Part shown: one piece after another, positions 1 through 9,564 of the stretch | Layout: every line of letters begins with the position of its first letter | Position numbering within the stretch: the stretch's first letter is position 1 | Position numbers and translations under genes: made by a program | The notes under the pieces: generated by a model | Database searches by the model: none | What the model was told of the DNA's origin: nothing | Seen by the model: only the letters and a program-made list of their open reading frames with translations | NCBI GenBank assembly: GCA_045632205.1 | Contig: JAZQWH010000002.1 | Span: forward strand, 1 to 42,682 | Length of the DNA: 42,682 nt | Origin: Eubacteriales bacterium | GTDB taxonomy: Bacteria > Bacillota > Clostridia > Oscillospirales > CAG-272 | Reading direction: 5' to 3'

Positions 1-46
1 AAATGGCTGCGGGAGCTATTGTTTGGAGCTGTAAGAGAAACAAAAA

Positions 47-82
47 AGTCTGTCACACTGCCTAAGGACAGTGGCACAGACT
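47..82. terminator. Imperfect stem-loop, possible terminator downstream of the sialidase-like gene
   Basis: AGTCTGTCACACTG...CAGTGGCACAGACT inverted repeat with an A-run on the left (T-tail on minus strand). Confidence 0.45.
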
Positions 83-94
83 AATAAATCTAAA

Positions 95-162
95 TAACCC
101 AAAAACTTTTTTAAAAGTTTTTGAGGGGGTTATAGGGGGAACTTTTGCAAAAGTTCCCCCTA
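95..162. repeat. Tandem palindromes (REP-like)
   Basis: Perfect 30-bp palindrome TAGGGGGAACTTTTGCAAAAGTTCCCCCTA at 133-162, preceded by a related palindrome AAAAACTTTT-TT-AAAAGTTTTT. Confidence 0.65.
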
Positions 163-188
163 ATAAATCTTCTGATACCCCCCTAACA

Positions 189-1241
189 TCACTTCCGAAT
201 TTTCAACCAGCGGTGCATAACGTTGACGCAGTCGCGGTGATAGCATTCGGAGTATTGGATGAGGAGGCGCTTGCCGCCGTTGGGGTCGTTGAGAAGGACG
301 TTGTTGGAGTAGTAGCAGCCGCCCGTGTTGGTGCCGATGTATTCGCCCTCGTCCCAATGCGAGCCGTCACGGGAGGTGTAGAGGACAAAGCCCGTCCACT
401 GCTCGGCGCGCGCGTGCAGGACGAAGATCCCGTCCACGATCGCCGTTTGGGGATTGCGGATGCCCTTGGCAACGTAGCAGACCTCGGCACTGCCCCAGGT
501 CTTACCGCAGTCCTCGCTGACGATGTGATCCATCTCGCGCTCCGCGTTCAGATTATAGGCGTAGACGTGCAGACGTCCCTCGCCGTCAAAGATCATCGAG
601 CCGTAGCCGCGCCCCTTTGAGGGGATGGGGACAACGCAGACCTCCTCAAAGGAGACACCGCTGTCGTAGCTTGCGAAGATGCGGTAGACGTGCTCGTCGT
701 TCCAGCCGCAGAATGCCTTGACACCGTCGTTGCAGAATTCGAGCGCGTAGACCACGCCGTTGTGATAGCGGGCGTCGTAAACGCGCCCCTTGTAGGGGCA
801 AAGCTCCGAGGGCTCGGTCCAGGTCTTGCCGCCGTCAAGGCTGCGCACCACCGTAGGCGTATCCCACGGCTCGCAGAGCTTGTGCGCATCGTTACGCAGA
901 CAGATGGCAACGAGCGTGCCGTCATCGCAGACCACCGCCTTTTCCACGGAGATGGTGTGAATGCCGTCGTAGAGCGACTGCTTGGAGTAGGGAAGCGCGT
1001 GGATCTCCTCGGAGAAGCTTGCGCCCGCATCGGAGGAGTAGCGGTATTCCACCCAGCCGTAGGTCGAATGCCCACCGTAGAGCGCCGCACTGCAGTTGGA
1101 GTTGAAATCGATGACGTGATCGGGCTTATACTCGACCATCGCGTGTGACATATGTCCGCTTCGAAAGCGGGCTTCGTTGTCTACGTGGATCAAGGCATCG
1201 CCCAATTCCACGGTATAGCCGTCGCGTTTGAAAGAATCCAT
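189..1241 (-). CDS. Sialidase-like BNR/Asp-box beta-propeller protein
   Basis: 350 aa; five Asp-box motifs (SSDAGASF, SLDGGKTW, SYDSGVSF, SEDCGKTW, SRDGSHW); GGAGG RBS; no signal peptide. Confidence 0.8.
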   Translation of the reverse strand: MDSFKRDGYTVELGDALIHVDNEARFRSGHMSHAMVEYKPDHVIDFNSNCSAALYGGHSTYGWVEYRYSSDAGASFSEEIHALPYSKQSLYDGIHTISVEKAVVCDDGTLVAICLRNDAHKLCEPWDTPTVVRSLDGGKTWTEPSELCPYKGRVYDARYHNGVVYALEFCNDGVKAFCGWNDEHVYRIFASYDSGVSFEEVCVVPIPSKGRGYGSMIFDGEGRLHVYAYNLNAEREMDHIVSEDCGKTWGSAEVCYVAKGIRNPQTAIVDGIFVLHARAEQWTGFVLYTSRDGSHWDEGEYIGTNTGGCYYSNNVLLNDPNGGKRLLIQYSECYHRDCVNVMHRWLKIRK

Positions 1242-1253
1242 AGTGTTCCTCCG

Positions 1254-2021
1254 TCAGTTGTATTTTTTCATCAGATTGAGCGTTTGAAGCCCGTGCGCGT
1301 AGATAAAGCTCCAATCCGCACCCGCAAAGAGCATATCAAGCCCCAATTCCGACCAGACGCGGACGTCGCTCTCGTTCATACCGCCCGCAAGACCGACCAC
1401 CTTGCCGTGACGGCGCAGGATGTCGATCGCGCGACGGATCTCGGTCATCGTCCTGTCTCCAAAGACGTTGAGAAAATCGCCGAGAGAGGCGGAGAGATCG
1501 TTCGGGCCGAAGATGAAGCCGTCAACGTAGGGAATGCTTGCGATCTCCTCCAATTCGTCGATCATATCGATATGCTCGATCTGTACGAAGCGGCAGGTGT
1601 CGAGATAGCCCTCGGTGACGTACTCGCGCGCGTCGATCCTTCCGTAGCCGATGGCGCGCAGAGGGCCAAAGCCGCGCGTGCCTCCGTGTGGGGGATAGAG
1701 GGTCATATCGAGCAGCTCGCGCACCTCTTTGGCACTTCTGACCATCGGGAAGATGATGCCGTCGGGCCCCATCTCCAGCACGCGCTTGGTGTAGGAGAGA
1801 TCGCTTTGCGGCAGACGGACGACAGCGGGAATGCCCGTGGCGCGCGCCGCGTTGAGGTGACAGAGCGCATCCTTGCAGCTGATGCAGGTATGCTCCATAT
1901 CGATCCAGACGCAGTCAAAGCCGACGTTGCCCATAATTTCACAGAGTGAGGGATCGGTCAGACTGACCAGCGTTCCGAGAATTTTTTCTTTTCGTTCAAG
2001 CTTTTGGCGTAAGAGATTCAT
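1254..2021 (-). CDS. HpcH/HpaI (GarL-like) class II aldolase
   Basis: Motifs GFDCVWIDMEH, GIIFPMV, RGFGP, VQIEH, FIFGPNDLS; ATG at 2021 after GGAGG. Confidence 0.9.
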   Translation of the reverse strand: MNLLRQKLERKEKILGTLVSLTDPSLCEIMGNVGFDCVWIDMEHTCISCKDALCHLNAARATGIPAVVRLPQSDLSYTKRVLEMGPDGIIFPMVRSAKEVRELLDMTLYPPHGGTRGFGPLRAIGYGRIDAREYVTEGYLDTCRFVQIEHIDMIDELEEIASIPYVDGFIFGPNDLSASLGDFLNVFGDRTMTEIRRAIDILRRHGKVVGLAGGMNESDVRVWSELGLDMLFAGADWSFIYAHGLQTLNLMKKYN

Positions 2022-2138
2022 TGTCAAGCCTCCTTTTTCTATATTATATCACAGAAAATGCAATTTGGAATCGCAATTTTGGCAAAAAACATTGTAATTC
2101 CTGCAAATCCGTGCTACAATGATGAGGGAGGTGAGAAA

Positions 2139-2918
2139 ATGGACGGTACGTTTGAGCATTACGTCAGAGCCGACGCGATGCACTTAAAATACGCCAAGGG
2201 CGCACCCTCTGCCGTGGGCAGGGAATTTCACGAATACAGCGAGTTCGTTCTTTTTCTGGAGGGAAAGGCTCGCCTCATCTCCAAAAATATTCAGCAAACG
2301 CTCACCCCCGGCACGCTTGTGATCATTCCGCGCGGCGAATTCCATCAATTCGTCGTGACCGATCACGAAAGCTACAGGAGATGCATCATCGGCTTTGAGG
2401 AGAGTGAGGCACTGCAGCCGATTTTGCGCGACGTGATGGATGAGGTGCGCGTGCTGATGCTGCCGAGTGACCGCATCGCGTCGCTCTTTGAGGAGCTGAT
2501 CGAGACGGTCTGCTCCGCACTGACCGAGGAGGAAAAGCAGATGTATCTTGCCTCCGCGCTGGTCAGATTGCTCGTCCTGTGTAAGCTCGATACAGGGGGC
2601 ACGGTCAGACAGAACATCAACATTTCTCCCGAGGTGCGCGCAACGGTCGAGGCGATCGACCAAGACTACGCAAAGCCCTTGACGGTGGCAGAGCTTGCAA
2701 GACGCCTCCACGTCTCGCCTTCAACGCTATCCCACAAATTTTCAAGGGAATTGAACATCTCCCTCTACCGCTATCTCTCCAAAAAACGGCTTGCGGCGGC
2801 GCACGAGCGCATTCTGGCAGGCGAGACGATGACCGAGGCGGCGGCAAAAAGCGGATTTAGCAATTATTCCTGCTTTTTCAGAATGTATCGCAAATATTAC
2901 GGAGGCGATCGGCACTGA
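2139..2918 (+). CDS. AraC family transcriptional regulator (cupin + HTH)
   Basis: H-x-Y-x-E cupin motif, C-terminal double HTH (LTVAELARRLHVSPSTLSHKF...GFSNYSCFFRMYRK); GGAGGTG RBS before ATG 2139; divergent from the aldolase. Confidence 0.9.
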   Translation: MDGTFEHYVRADAMHLKYAKGAPSAVGREFHEYSEFVLFLEGKARLISKNIQQTLTPGTLVIIPRGEFHQFVVTDHESYRRCIIGFEESEALQPILRDVMDEVRVLMLPSDRIASLFEELIETVCSALTEEEKQMYLASALVRLLVLCKLDTGGTVRQNINISPEVRATVEAIDQDYAKPLTVAELARRLHVSPSTLSHKFSRELNISLYRYLSKKRLAAAHERILAGETMTEAAAKSGFSNYSCFFRMYRKYYGGDRH

Positions 2919-2963
2919 CCGATCCCTCTTTTTTATAAAAAAGGAAAAAATTGCAAAAAGCTC

Positions 2964-2992
2964 TTGCAAAACGGAAACGGTTGTGGTAAAAT
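2964..2992 (+). promoter_or_regulatory. Sigma-A-type promoter
   Basis: TTGCAA-17 bp-TAAAAT with TG extended -10, upstream of 3052. Confidence 0.6.
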
Positions 2993-3051
2993 AGGCTTAA
3001 GTATCCCTATTTTTAGCAGATTTTACTGTCAATCGAAAGAAGGATGAAAAA

Positions 3052-5115
3052 ATGAAAAGAAGGATCAACACGAAAACCTGCCTGATCTCAGCGATCCTGG
3101 CATTGGTTCTCGTTGCGGGCGCCTTGCTCGGAACCACCTTTGCGTGGTTTACCGATTCGGTCACCTCAAGCTTCAATCAGATCAAATCGGGTAAGCTTGA
3201 CGTCGGCATGAACTATTGGGACTCGGCGAGCGGAAAATTCCTCAATGCGGAAAACGTGCCGCTCTTTGACGAGAACGCGCTCTGGGAGCCGGGTTGCATC
3301 CAGGTCGCATACCTGGAGATCGAAAACCGCGGCAGTCTGGCGTTCAACTATCTCTTCGCGGTCTATCCCGCAGAGGAGACCGAGGGCTATCTCGCAAACG
3401 GCGAAAAATTCTGGCTCTCGAACTATCTGACCTTCGCCATCGTCGCACCCTACGACGTGGAGGAGAAGGGCGAGATCAAAACGCGAGAGGACGCGCTCAA
3501 GCTTCTTGAGGGCACCGAGATGGGACTCAACGAGAGGAATATGCAGGTCGGCGAGCTCTATCCCTCGAACACCTCCAAGGCCTCCACCACACGTCTCGCG
3601 CTCGTCATTTATATGCCCACCGAGGTTACGAGTGAGCAGGCAAATCACGATCTCTCGAGCGGCAAGCCGCTCCCCTCGGTCAAGCTTGCGGTCGACGTCT
3701 ACGCAACGCAGAGAGCAGAGGAGTTTGATAGCATCGACAATCAGTACGATAGCGGTCTGACCCCCATCTGGGCAGGCCCGATCTGGAGATACGCCCCCGA
3801 CGGCTATGAGGTGGACGAGGTCAACAAGACGCTCACCGTCAACAACGTCGAGGCGCTCAAGGAGCTGGGAAGCGTCCTGGAGATGATGAAGGCACATCCC
3901 AAGTACGAGCCCTCCGAGTGGGAGATCATCCTCGGAGCCGATATGGACTTTGCGGGTGAGACACTCACCGAGCCGCTCCAAATCAACGGCTTCAAGAAGC
4001 TCAACGGAAACAACAAGACCATCACCAACGTCATTCTCAACTACATTTACATTGACGAGCAGATCGAGAGCGTCGGACTCTTCGATGCACTTCCCGATAC
4101 CGAAAATCTCACCGTTACAAACGTAAGCGTCACCTCCTCCACCACCGCGGCAGGCGTTCTGGCGGGCACGCTGACGGGCACGAAGTACAACAATATCTCC
4201 ATCTCGGATTCGAGCGCATCGGGTGTTGGCTTTATCGGAGGAATGATCGGCTTTGGCAACTTCCTCCTGCCCATCGATTTCTCCTATATCGAGATCTTCC
4301 GCACCGACCTCTTCTCTTATGACGGACGTTCCGCAATGGCGGGCGGTCTGGCAGGCTCCGCGAGCGGCAGCAGCATCAAGATCACAGACAGTGAGATCAA
4401 CGGCTTGGATACGAGCGGCGTGCGCGCACCCGCGTCGCAGGTCGGCGGTATGTTTGGTGAGCTGAACGCGGACGCGCTGATCGAGGAATCCACCGTCACC
4501 GAGATCACCATTTATAAGGACGTTTACGTCGGCTCGATCACGGGCAAGATCTACGACGAGCGCATCGTCAGCGTCAAGAACACCACCGTAGCGGTGCAGG
4601 CAAGCAACGGCGCGGGCTACTCGGTCATTCCGCTCACGGGCGCGGGTGACGTTACGGAGAGCGATATTGAGGTCGATGCCCTCGGCTTCCCGAAGTCGGC
4701 GCTCCATGGCTTTTATAATGGACACTACTATCAGGTCGTGCAGGGAACCTACGATTGGTTCACGGCAAGAGACCTTTGCACGGCAATGAACGGACATCTC
4801 GCAACGGTCACCTCTGCGGCGGAGAATGCGGAGCTTGCAAGGATCGTCACCAATCACGGCGGCTCCACCTGGCTGGGTGCGGAGCGCAGTGCAGAGGACT
4901 ACAACAAGTTCGTGTGGATCACGGGCGAGGAGATGACCTACGAGTATTGGGATAGCGGAGAGCCGAACGACCTCAACGGCGAGCAGTGCGTGCATATGTA
5001 CGCATCGTCGGGCAAGTGGAACGATTTCGACTATTATTCCACGAGCGCATCGGCATACGCTTGCGAATGGGATAGCCTCCAGGCATACCTCAACTTCTTA
5101 ACCAACGCAAGCTGA
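3052..5115 (+). CDS. Secreted protein with SipW-type signal peptide/TasA-like N-terminus and C-terminal C-type lectin domain
   Basis: N-terminal hydrophobic helix then GTTFAWFTD and WEPG...N.GSL (TasA/camelysin-like); Gly-rich GG-L-x-G repeats centrally; C-terminal W..A...C...GHLATV, WLG, EPN, WND, CE lectin motifs. Confidence 0.8.
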   Translation: MKRRINTKTCLISAILALVLVAGALLGTTFAWFTDSVTSSFNQIKSGKLDVGMNYWDSASGKFLNAENVPLFDENALWEPGCIQVAYLEIENRGSLAFNYLFAVYPAEETEGYLANGEKFWLSNYLTFAIVAPYDVEEKGEIKTREDALKLLEGTEMGLNERNMQVGELYPSNTSKASTTRLALVIYMPTEVTSEQANHDLSSGKPLPSVKLAVDVYATQRAEEFDSIDNQYDSGLTPIWAGPIWRYAPDGYEVDEVNKTLTVNNVEALKELGSVLEMMKAHPKYEPSEWEIILGADMDFAGETLTEPLQINGFKKLNGNNKTITNVILNYIYIDEQIESVGLFDALPDTENLTVTNVSVTSSTTAAGVLAGTLTGTKYNNISISDSSASGVGFIGGMIGFGNFLLPIDFSYIEIFRTDLFSYDGRSAMAGGLAGSASGSSIKITDSEINGLDTSGVRAPASQVGGMFGELNADALIEESTVTEITIYKDVYVGSITGKIYDERIVSVKNTTVAVQASNGAGYSVIPLTGAGDVTESDIEVDALGFPKSALHGFYNGHYYQVVQGTYDWFTARDLCTAMNGHLATVTSAAENAELARIVTNHGGSTWLGAERSAEDYNKFVWITGEEMTYEYWDSGEPNDLNGEQCVHMYASSGKWNDFDYYSTSASAYACEWDSLQAYLNFLTNAS

Positions 5116-5130
5116 ACAGCAAAATAAAAC

Positions 5131-5426
5131 GCGAACCTACCGATTTCGGTAGGTTCGTGTTCGTTAATAACCCCTTTTTTGAAAAACAAGTCGTCAAAAC
5201 GCATAAGCTTGTTAGCCACTTTTCTTTTGAAGCCAAAGGCGCAAAAGAAAAGTTAACAAAAGAAAACGCCGAGAAGAAAGTTTCGCCCCTGCGGGGGCGA
5301 GGAGGGCTCCGCGCCCTCCACCGCGCCGCCTTTTGAAAAAGGCGGGCGAAAACTTTTCATCAAATTGGCGGTGCCAATACCTTTGTCATCGATAAAAATG
5401 CGAACCTACCGATTTCGGTAGGTTCG
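5131..5426. repeat. Hairpin-rich intergenic element flanked by a duplicated 27-bp terminator hairpin
   Basis: GCGAACCTACCGATTTCGGTAGGTTCG identical at 5131-5157 and 5400-5426; several internal stem-loops. Confidence 0.7.
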
Positions 5427-5440
5427 CTTTTTTGATTCCG

Positions 5441-7756
5441 TCAAAGATCGACGGTCTTCATGATCTCTGCCGCTGCAGTGAGGATCTCCTCCATCGTGAG
5501 CGAGGGCTTTTTCTGCATGCTTGCAAGCGGAGTTGCCATAAATTCGCTTGCAAGGGCGCGGCGGATCTCCTCAAAGTCGGTGTCAGGACGAACCGATTTT
5601 TCGGTGCAGAGCCAATCAAGCACTGCTTTTGCCTCCTTCGGGTAGAGGTAGCGCGTCGGCTCGGTGATATAGCTGCGGCAGTAGCGATCCAGACCGTTGC
5701 GCTTGAGCGTCTGCTCAAAGCCCTCGGTCACGGGAGCCTCCTCGGCAAGCCTTTGGAGCGATGCGTACATCGAGTAGTCCTCGTGGTAGTAGAGGAGGTC
5801 GCCGATGAGGGAGAGGAGACGGTCAAATTTCTCGCGCAGAACGCAGGCATAGGCGTTGTCACGGTCTGCGACAAGCACAAGACGCATCAGAAGGAAGTTG
5901 AGATATCTGCCAAGCACCGTGCGGCAAATATCCATCAGATCGCGGCGGATGAAGGGATCGTTGCTGTCCGTAAACGCGCGGGCGGCAAGGAGCAGATCCG
6001 CACAGCCGTCCAATTCCGCCTTGTGCGTGCGGAGCTTGTAGGCAAAGTGATCGTGAATGGAGACACCGTGCTCGGGCTTGTAGGTAAAGTTTGCGGTGCG
6101 GTAGGGGTCGCGGACCGACCAGAGGAAGCTGTCGAACATATTCGTCCACATTTCGCGCGTGACCGCATGGACGGAGGTGTATTTCTCGGCATCGGGATCG
6201 CTCGCGTCCCTTTGCGTGCATCCGCCCCAATCGCCCACCTTGATCATCGGCAATGCCGCTTGCCAGAGCGCGTTCATTTCGGCGGCTCTGTCACCGTAGC
6301 GACGGGCGCAGAAGCGCTCGGTGATCTGCTCGATGGTCATTTTCAGCGGATCCCAGGAATTCTGCGCGAGGTATTCCAGCACGAGGGGATCGCTGTGCGA
6401 AAGCTCGGGCCAGAGGACCATACCGCGGCACATCGGATCGTCGACGGCAACGCGGAGACGCTCGTCGCTTCGCTCATAGGGGCCGCGCAGAGCGCTTTCG
6501 GGCTGGTAGCCGTGGAAGAGTCCGAACACCCACGGGAATTTGCCAACCATTCCCCAATTGAGGAAGGATTGCTGCGGATCGTCGATCTCGCTCGTGTAGT
6601 CCAGCACGATGGTGCGCGTCGGATCCATCTCGCGGAGCAGTGCCTCCACGTCCTCGCCCTTCCACCAGCCCATAAAGTCCCAGGCGGCGAGGAAGAGCTT
6701 GGAGTTGGGATAGCGCTCACGCAGAGCCTGCGCGATGCGGCGGTAGGTGAACTTTTTGAGACGGTGGTTGGATGCCTTGTCGGGCATCATATTGCGCTCG
6801 CCCAAGCCGATGGTGTGGAAATACTCGGTGTTGGGGCTGAAATCGCGCACCGCGGTTTCGGTCAGCTTCATATAGTTGTCCATATTGCGCGATTTGCGGA
6901 TGTCCCAGACAAGCACACGGGGATTGGAATAGCGCGAGTCCGCCTGCGGGAAGAAATCGGGCTTGGCGCCCTCGAGGAAGCTGTCGGGAGCGGGGGAATA
7001 CCAATGCGACATCGTGCCGCAATCCTCGGGCTGGATCAGATCAAGCTCTCGCGCGTAGGCAAGCACCTGTTGGCGCAATTCACCGCGATGCCTGAGCGAC
7101 CACGGCGGCGTGCGATCGTTGTAGCCCCCGCCTCCCGGCTCGGGTTCGTAGCCGCAGACGTCGGGAAAGGCTCTTTGCCAAAGATCGTCCATCCCGATGC
7201 GAAGCATAAAGAAGTTGAAGCGACGCTTGGAAAGATAATCAAGCTCGCGCTTCCAATCGGCAAGGCTCCAATGCTCTGCCTGGAAGCGGTGGAGCGAGCG
7301 GTGGGCGAAGTAGCGCATTCCGCGGAACTCAAAGCGCGGGGATTCGAGGATCTCCAGATCCCCGAATTCGATCCGCTCAAGCCTTGGAATGACGTCGCCG
7401 TCCCAGAAATAGTGACAACCGCACACACGCTCGAAGAAATCGTAAACGGCATAGAGGGTGGAGCGACCGCGTCCGCCCGCCAGAATGAGCAGACGGCGAC
7501 CGTTCTCCGTCAGACTGCGGATGCAGTAATCGTCGGTTCCGTAGCGGATGCCGAAGTCTGCGATCTCGCCCGCGATCATACGGTCGGTCAGCGCGTCGTT
7601 GACCGCATCCGAGCCGATGATGACGGCATCCTCTTGCCCGTCGTCGACGTTCGTGATCTCAAGGGCATTTCCCGTCACCTGCTCCCAAAGAGAGGCAAAG
7701 GCAGAGACGGCGTGCGCGTAGGCGCGCTCTCCAAGAGTTGGTGCAATCAGTTTCAT
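5441..7756 (-). CDS. GH89-like alpha-N-acetylglucosaminidase-type glycoside hydrolase
   Basis: 771 aa; N-terminal GH20/67-type accessory domain (DDYCIRS...LAGG.GRSTLYAVYDF); RG.RYF...W...DWKRELDYL....FN resembles the start of the GH89 TIM barrel. Confidence 0.6.
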   Translation of the reverse strand: MKLIAPTLGERAYAHAVSAFASLWEQVTGNALEITNVDDGQEDAVIIGSDAVNDALTDRMIAGEIADFGIRYGTDDYCIRSLTENGRRLLILAGGRGRSTLYAVYDFFERVCGCHYFWDGDVIPRLERIEFGDLEILESPRFEFRGMRYFAHRSLHRFQAEHWSLADWKRELDYLSKRRFNFFMLRIGMDDLWQRAFPDVCGYEPEPGGGGYNDRTPPWSLRHRGELRQQVLAYARELDLIQPEDCGTMSHWYSPAPDSFLEGAKPDFFPQADSRYSNPRVLVWDIRKSRNMDNYMKLTETAVRDFSPNTEYFHTIGLGERNMMPDKASNHRLKKFTYRRIAQALRERYPNSKLFLAAWDFMGWWKGEDVEALLREMDPTRTIVLDYTSEIDDPQQSFLNWGMVGKFPWVFGLFHGYQPESALRGPYERSDERLRVAVDDPMCRGMVLWPELSHSDPLVLEYLAQNSWDPLKMTIEQITERFCARRYGDRAAEMNALWQAALPMIKVGDWGGCTQRDASDPDAEKYTSVHAVTREMWTNMFDSFLWSVRDPYRTANFTYKPEHGVSIHDHFAYKLRTHKAELDGCADLLLAARAFTDSNDPFIRRDLMDICRTVLGRYLNFLLMRLVLVADRDNAYACVLREKFDRLLSLIGDLLYYHEDYSMYASLQRLAEEAPVTEGFEQTLKRNGLDRYCRSYITEPTRYLYPKEAKAVLDWLCTEKSVRPDTDFEEIRRALASEFMATPLASMQKKPSLTMEEILTAAAEIMKTVDL

Positions 7757-7789
7757 AGCGTTCTCCTGCTGAAGGGTTTTTGGAGGGGA

Positions 7790-8866
7790 TCAGAGTCGGA
7801 TCGCCTCGCCCGTCGCAATGCTCTCGTAGACCGCGTTCATAGCGGCAACGGTGCTCTTGTGCCATCCGAGGTTGATCTTGGGCAGCTTTTTGTTTGCGAT
7901 GTTGTCGACGAATTCGTCGATGAGACCGACCCACTCGTCAAAGTAGGTGTACTGAACGGTGTATTTGTTTTCGGGAGAGCCGTTGTGGTAGGTGTTGGGG
8001 CCGAAGCAATCGGTGAGCATCGTTCCCTCGGAGCCGTGGATGACGAGGTTGACCTCCATACGCTTGGGGAACACCTCCCAGCCGGGGCCGGGCACCTTGA
8101 GGTGGTTTTCCGCTCTCGACCAGCTGGGATCGAGCGAGAAGATGACGCCGTTCTTCATTCTTCCGACAACGGCGAGCATATCCTCCTCCTCAATCTCGTG
8201 GCGCATATTGGGCGCGACCTTTGCGAAGATGACGTCGAATTCACTGCCCGTTACCTCACGGATGAGGTCGAAGATGTGCGGATGGTCGCAGAGTGCGCCG
8301 CCGCGGAATTTTTCGTGCCCCTCCTTGATCGGGACGCGGCGACCGTAGCTCTTCTCGGGAACACCCTGCCAGGGGAATGCCCAGACGGGGGAGAGGGTGA
8401 TGTTGGTCGCGTTGAAGGCATCGGTCACACCGACCGCGTTCTGACGGATCAGCTCCTTCATACGGATGACAACGGGATTGTAATGCAGCTCCAGCTCGAT
8501 CTGGAAGGTGATGCCGCTCTCCGCAACGAGGCGCTCCATCTCCGCGTATTCCTCCATATCAAAGGTGGGGATCTTCATCGAGAGGATATTGATCCCTCTC
8601 TCGGCACAAAGGCGGACCTGGCGCAGATGCTCGCTGTTTTCGCTCGCGAGAACGACCGCCTCGATCTCGGGATGCGCGTCGAGCATCGCCTCGTCGGAAT
8701 CGTAGCAGGGAATGCCCTCGACGCTGTTGAGGAAGATCTCGCGGACCTCGTCGTTCGCGGTGGAAACGGCGATCCACTCAAGCTTGGGGTTGTTTTTGAG
8801 AACGTCGTAGTATTTTCTGGTATGACCGTGGGTCATGCTCATCATTGCGATCTTCAGTCTTTTCAT
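7790..8866 (-). CDS. Gfo/Idh/MocA family oxidoreductase
   Basis: Rossmann N-terminus, EAVVLASEN..H, SMKIP (variant of EKP), GGALCDHPHIFDL. Confidence 0.85.
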   Translation of the reverse strand: MKRLKIAMMSMTHGHTRKYYDVLKNNPKLEWIAVSTANDEVREIFLNSVEGIPCYDSDEAMLDAHPEIEAVVLASENSEHLRQVRLCAERGINILSMKIPTFDMEEYAEMERLVAESGITFQIELELHYNPVVIRMKELIRQNAVGVTDAFNATNITLSPVWAFPWQGVPEKSYGRRVPIKEGHEKFRGGALCDHPHIFDLIREVTGSEFDVIFAKVAPNMRHEIEEEDMLAVVGRMKNGVIFSLDPSWSRAENHLKVPGPGWEVFPKRMEVNLVIHGSEGTMLTDCFGPNTYHNGSPENKYTVQYTYFDEWVGLIDEFVDNIANKKLPKINLGWHKSTVAAMNAVYESIATGEAIRL

Positions 8867-8868
8867 GA

Positions 8869-9564
8869 TCAGTCACCTACCTTTACGTTTTTGAGGTCGC
8901 GGAGCGAGATCCTTGCCGCGTCAACGACCCTTTGGATGTGTGCGTGCTTCTTGGCAGCCGCTTCGCGGAGGGCTTCGTCCTTTGCAAGCGCGAAGGCGTT
9001 GCGGATGGTGTTGATCTGTTGCTCGGAGTAGCCGAACAGCTCCGCGTCGGTGTCGAGGTATGTCGCGTCCTTCTTACCAAAGACGTAGATGGAATTCTGG
9101 GGGATCTGCGTATCCACCACGCGATCGCAGGCAACGCCGTTGTCGGTGATGATCTCGTGCTTGTCGATGTCTGCGGTGTCGCCCGTCAGCGTTGCGGCAA
9201 GCTCGATGGTGCAAACGCATCCGTTCTCGGTCTCCGCAATGCAGTTGAGCGTGTTGGCGCCCGCGATGGCGAAGATCTCGAATACCTTGGAATTGACCGT
9301 GAACTCAAGAATGCCAAGCTCACGCGCCAGCAGCTCGAAGAGATCGGTGCCGCGCTTTGCGGTATGTCCGATGCGGTAGGTGCACATATTGCCCACTCTG
9401 CCCAGGATGACGAGATTGCGAAGCTCGATGAAGCGACGCTCGTTTTCGTAGGGGAGGGTGGGGTAGGTCTTGCCGTTGATGGCGACGGATCTTCCGTCTG
9501 CGGCAAGGATCGCCTCGGCAGATACCGAGTATTTGTCAAGCAAATAATTCAAACCCTTTTGCAT
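8869..9564 (-). CDS. Hypothetical protein, possibly a Gfo/Idh/MocA C-terminal-like domain without NAD-binding domain
   Basis: 231 aa, co-oriented and tightly packed in the operon; RRFIELRNLVILGRVG resembles the Gfo linker helix. Confidence 0.55.
   Translation of the reverse strand: MQKGLNYLLDKYSVSAEAILAADGRSVAINGKTYPTLPYENERRFIELRNLVILGRVGNMCTYRIGHTAKRGTDLFELLARELGILEFTVNSKVFEIFAIAGANTLNCIAETENGCVCTIELAATLTGDTADIDKHEIITDNGVACDRVVDTQIPQNSIYVFGKKDATYLDTDAELFGYSEQQINTIRNAFALAKDEALREAAAKKHAHIQRVVDAARISLRDLKNVKVGD

Noticed and set aside
5432-9031. 1199-aa plus-strand ORF
   Set aside because: Antisense shadow of the GH89-like/Gfo genes; no recognisable motifs; expected from GC-rich codon bias.
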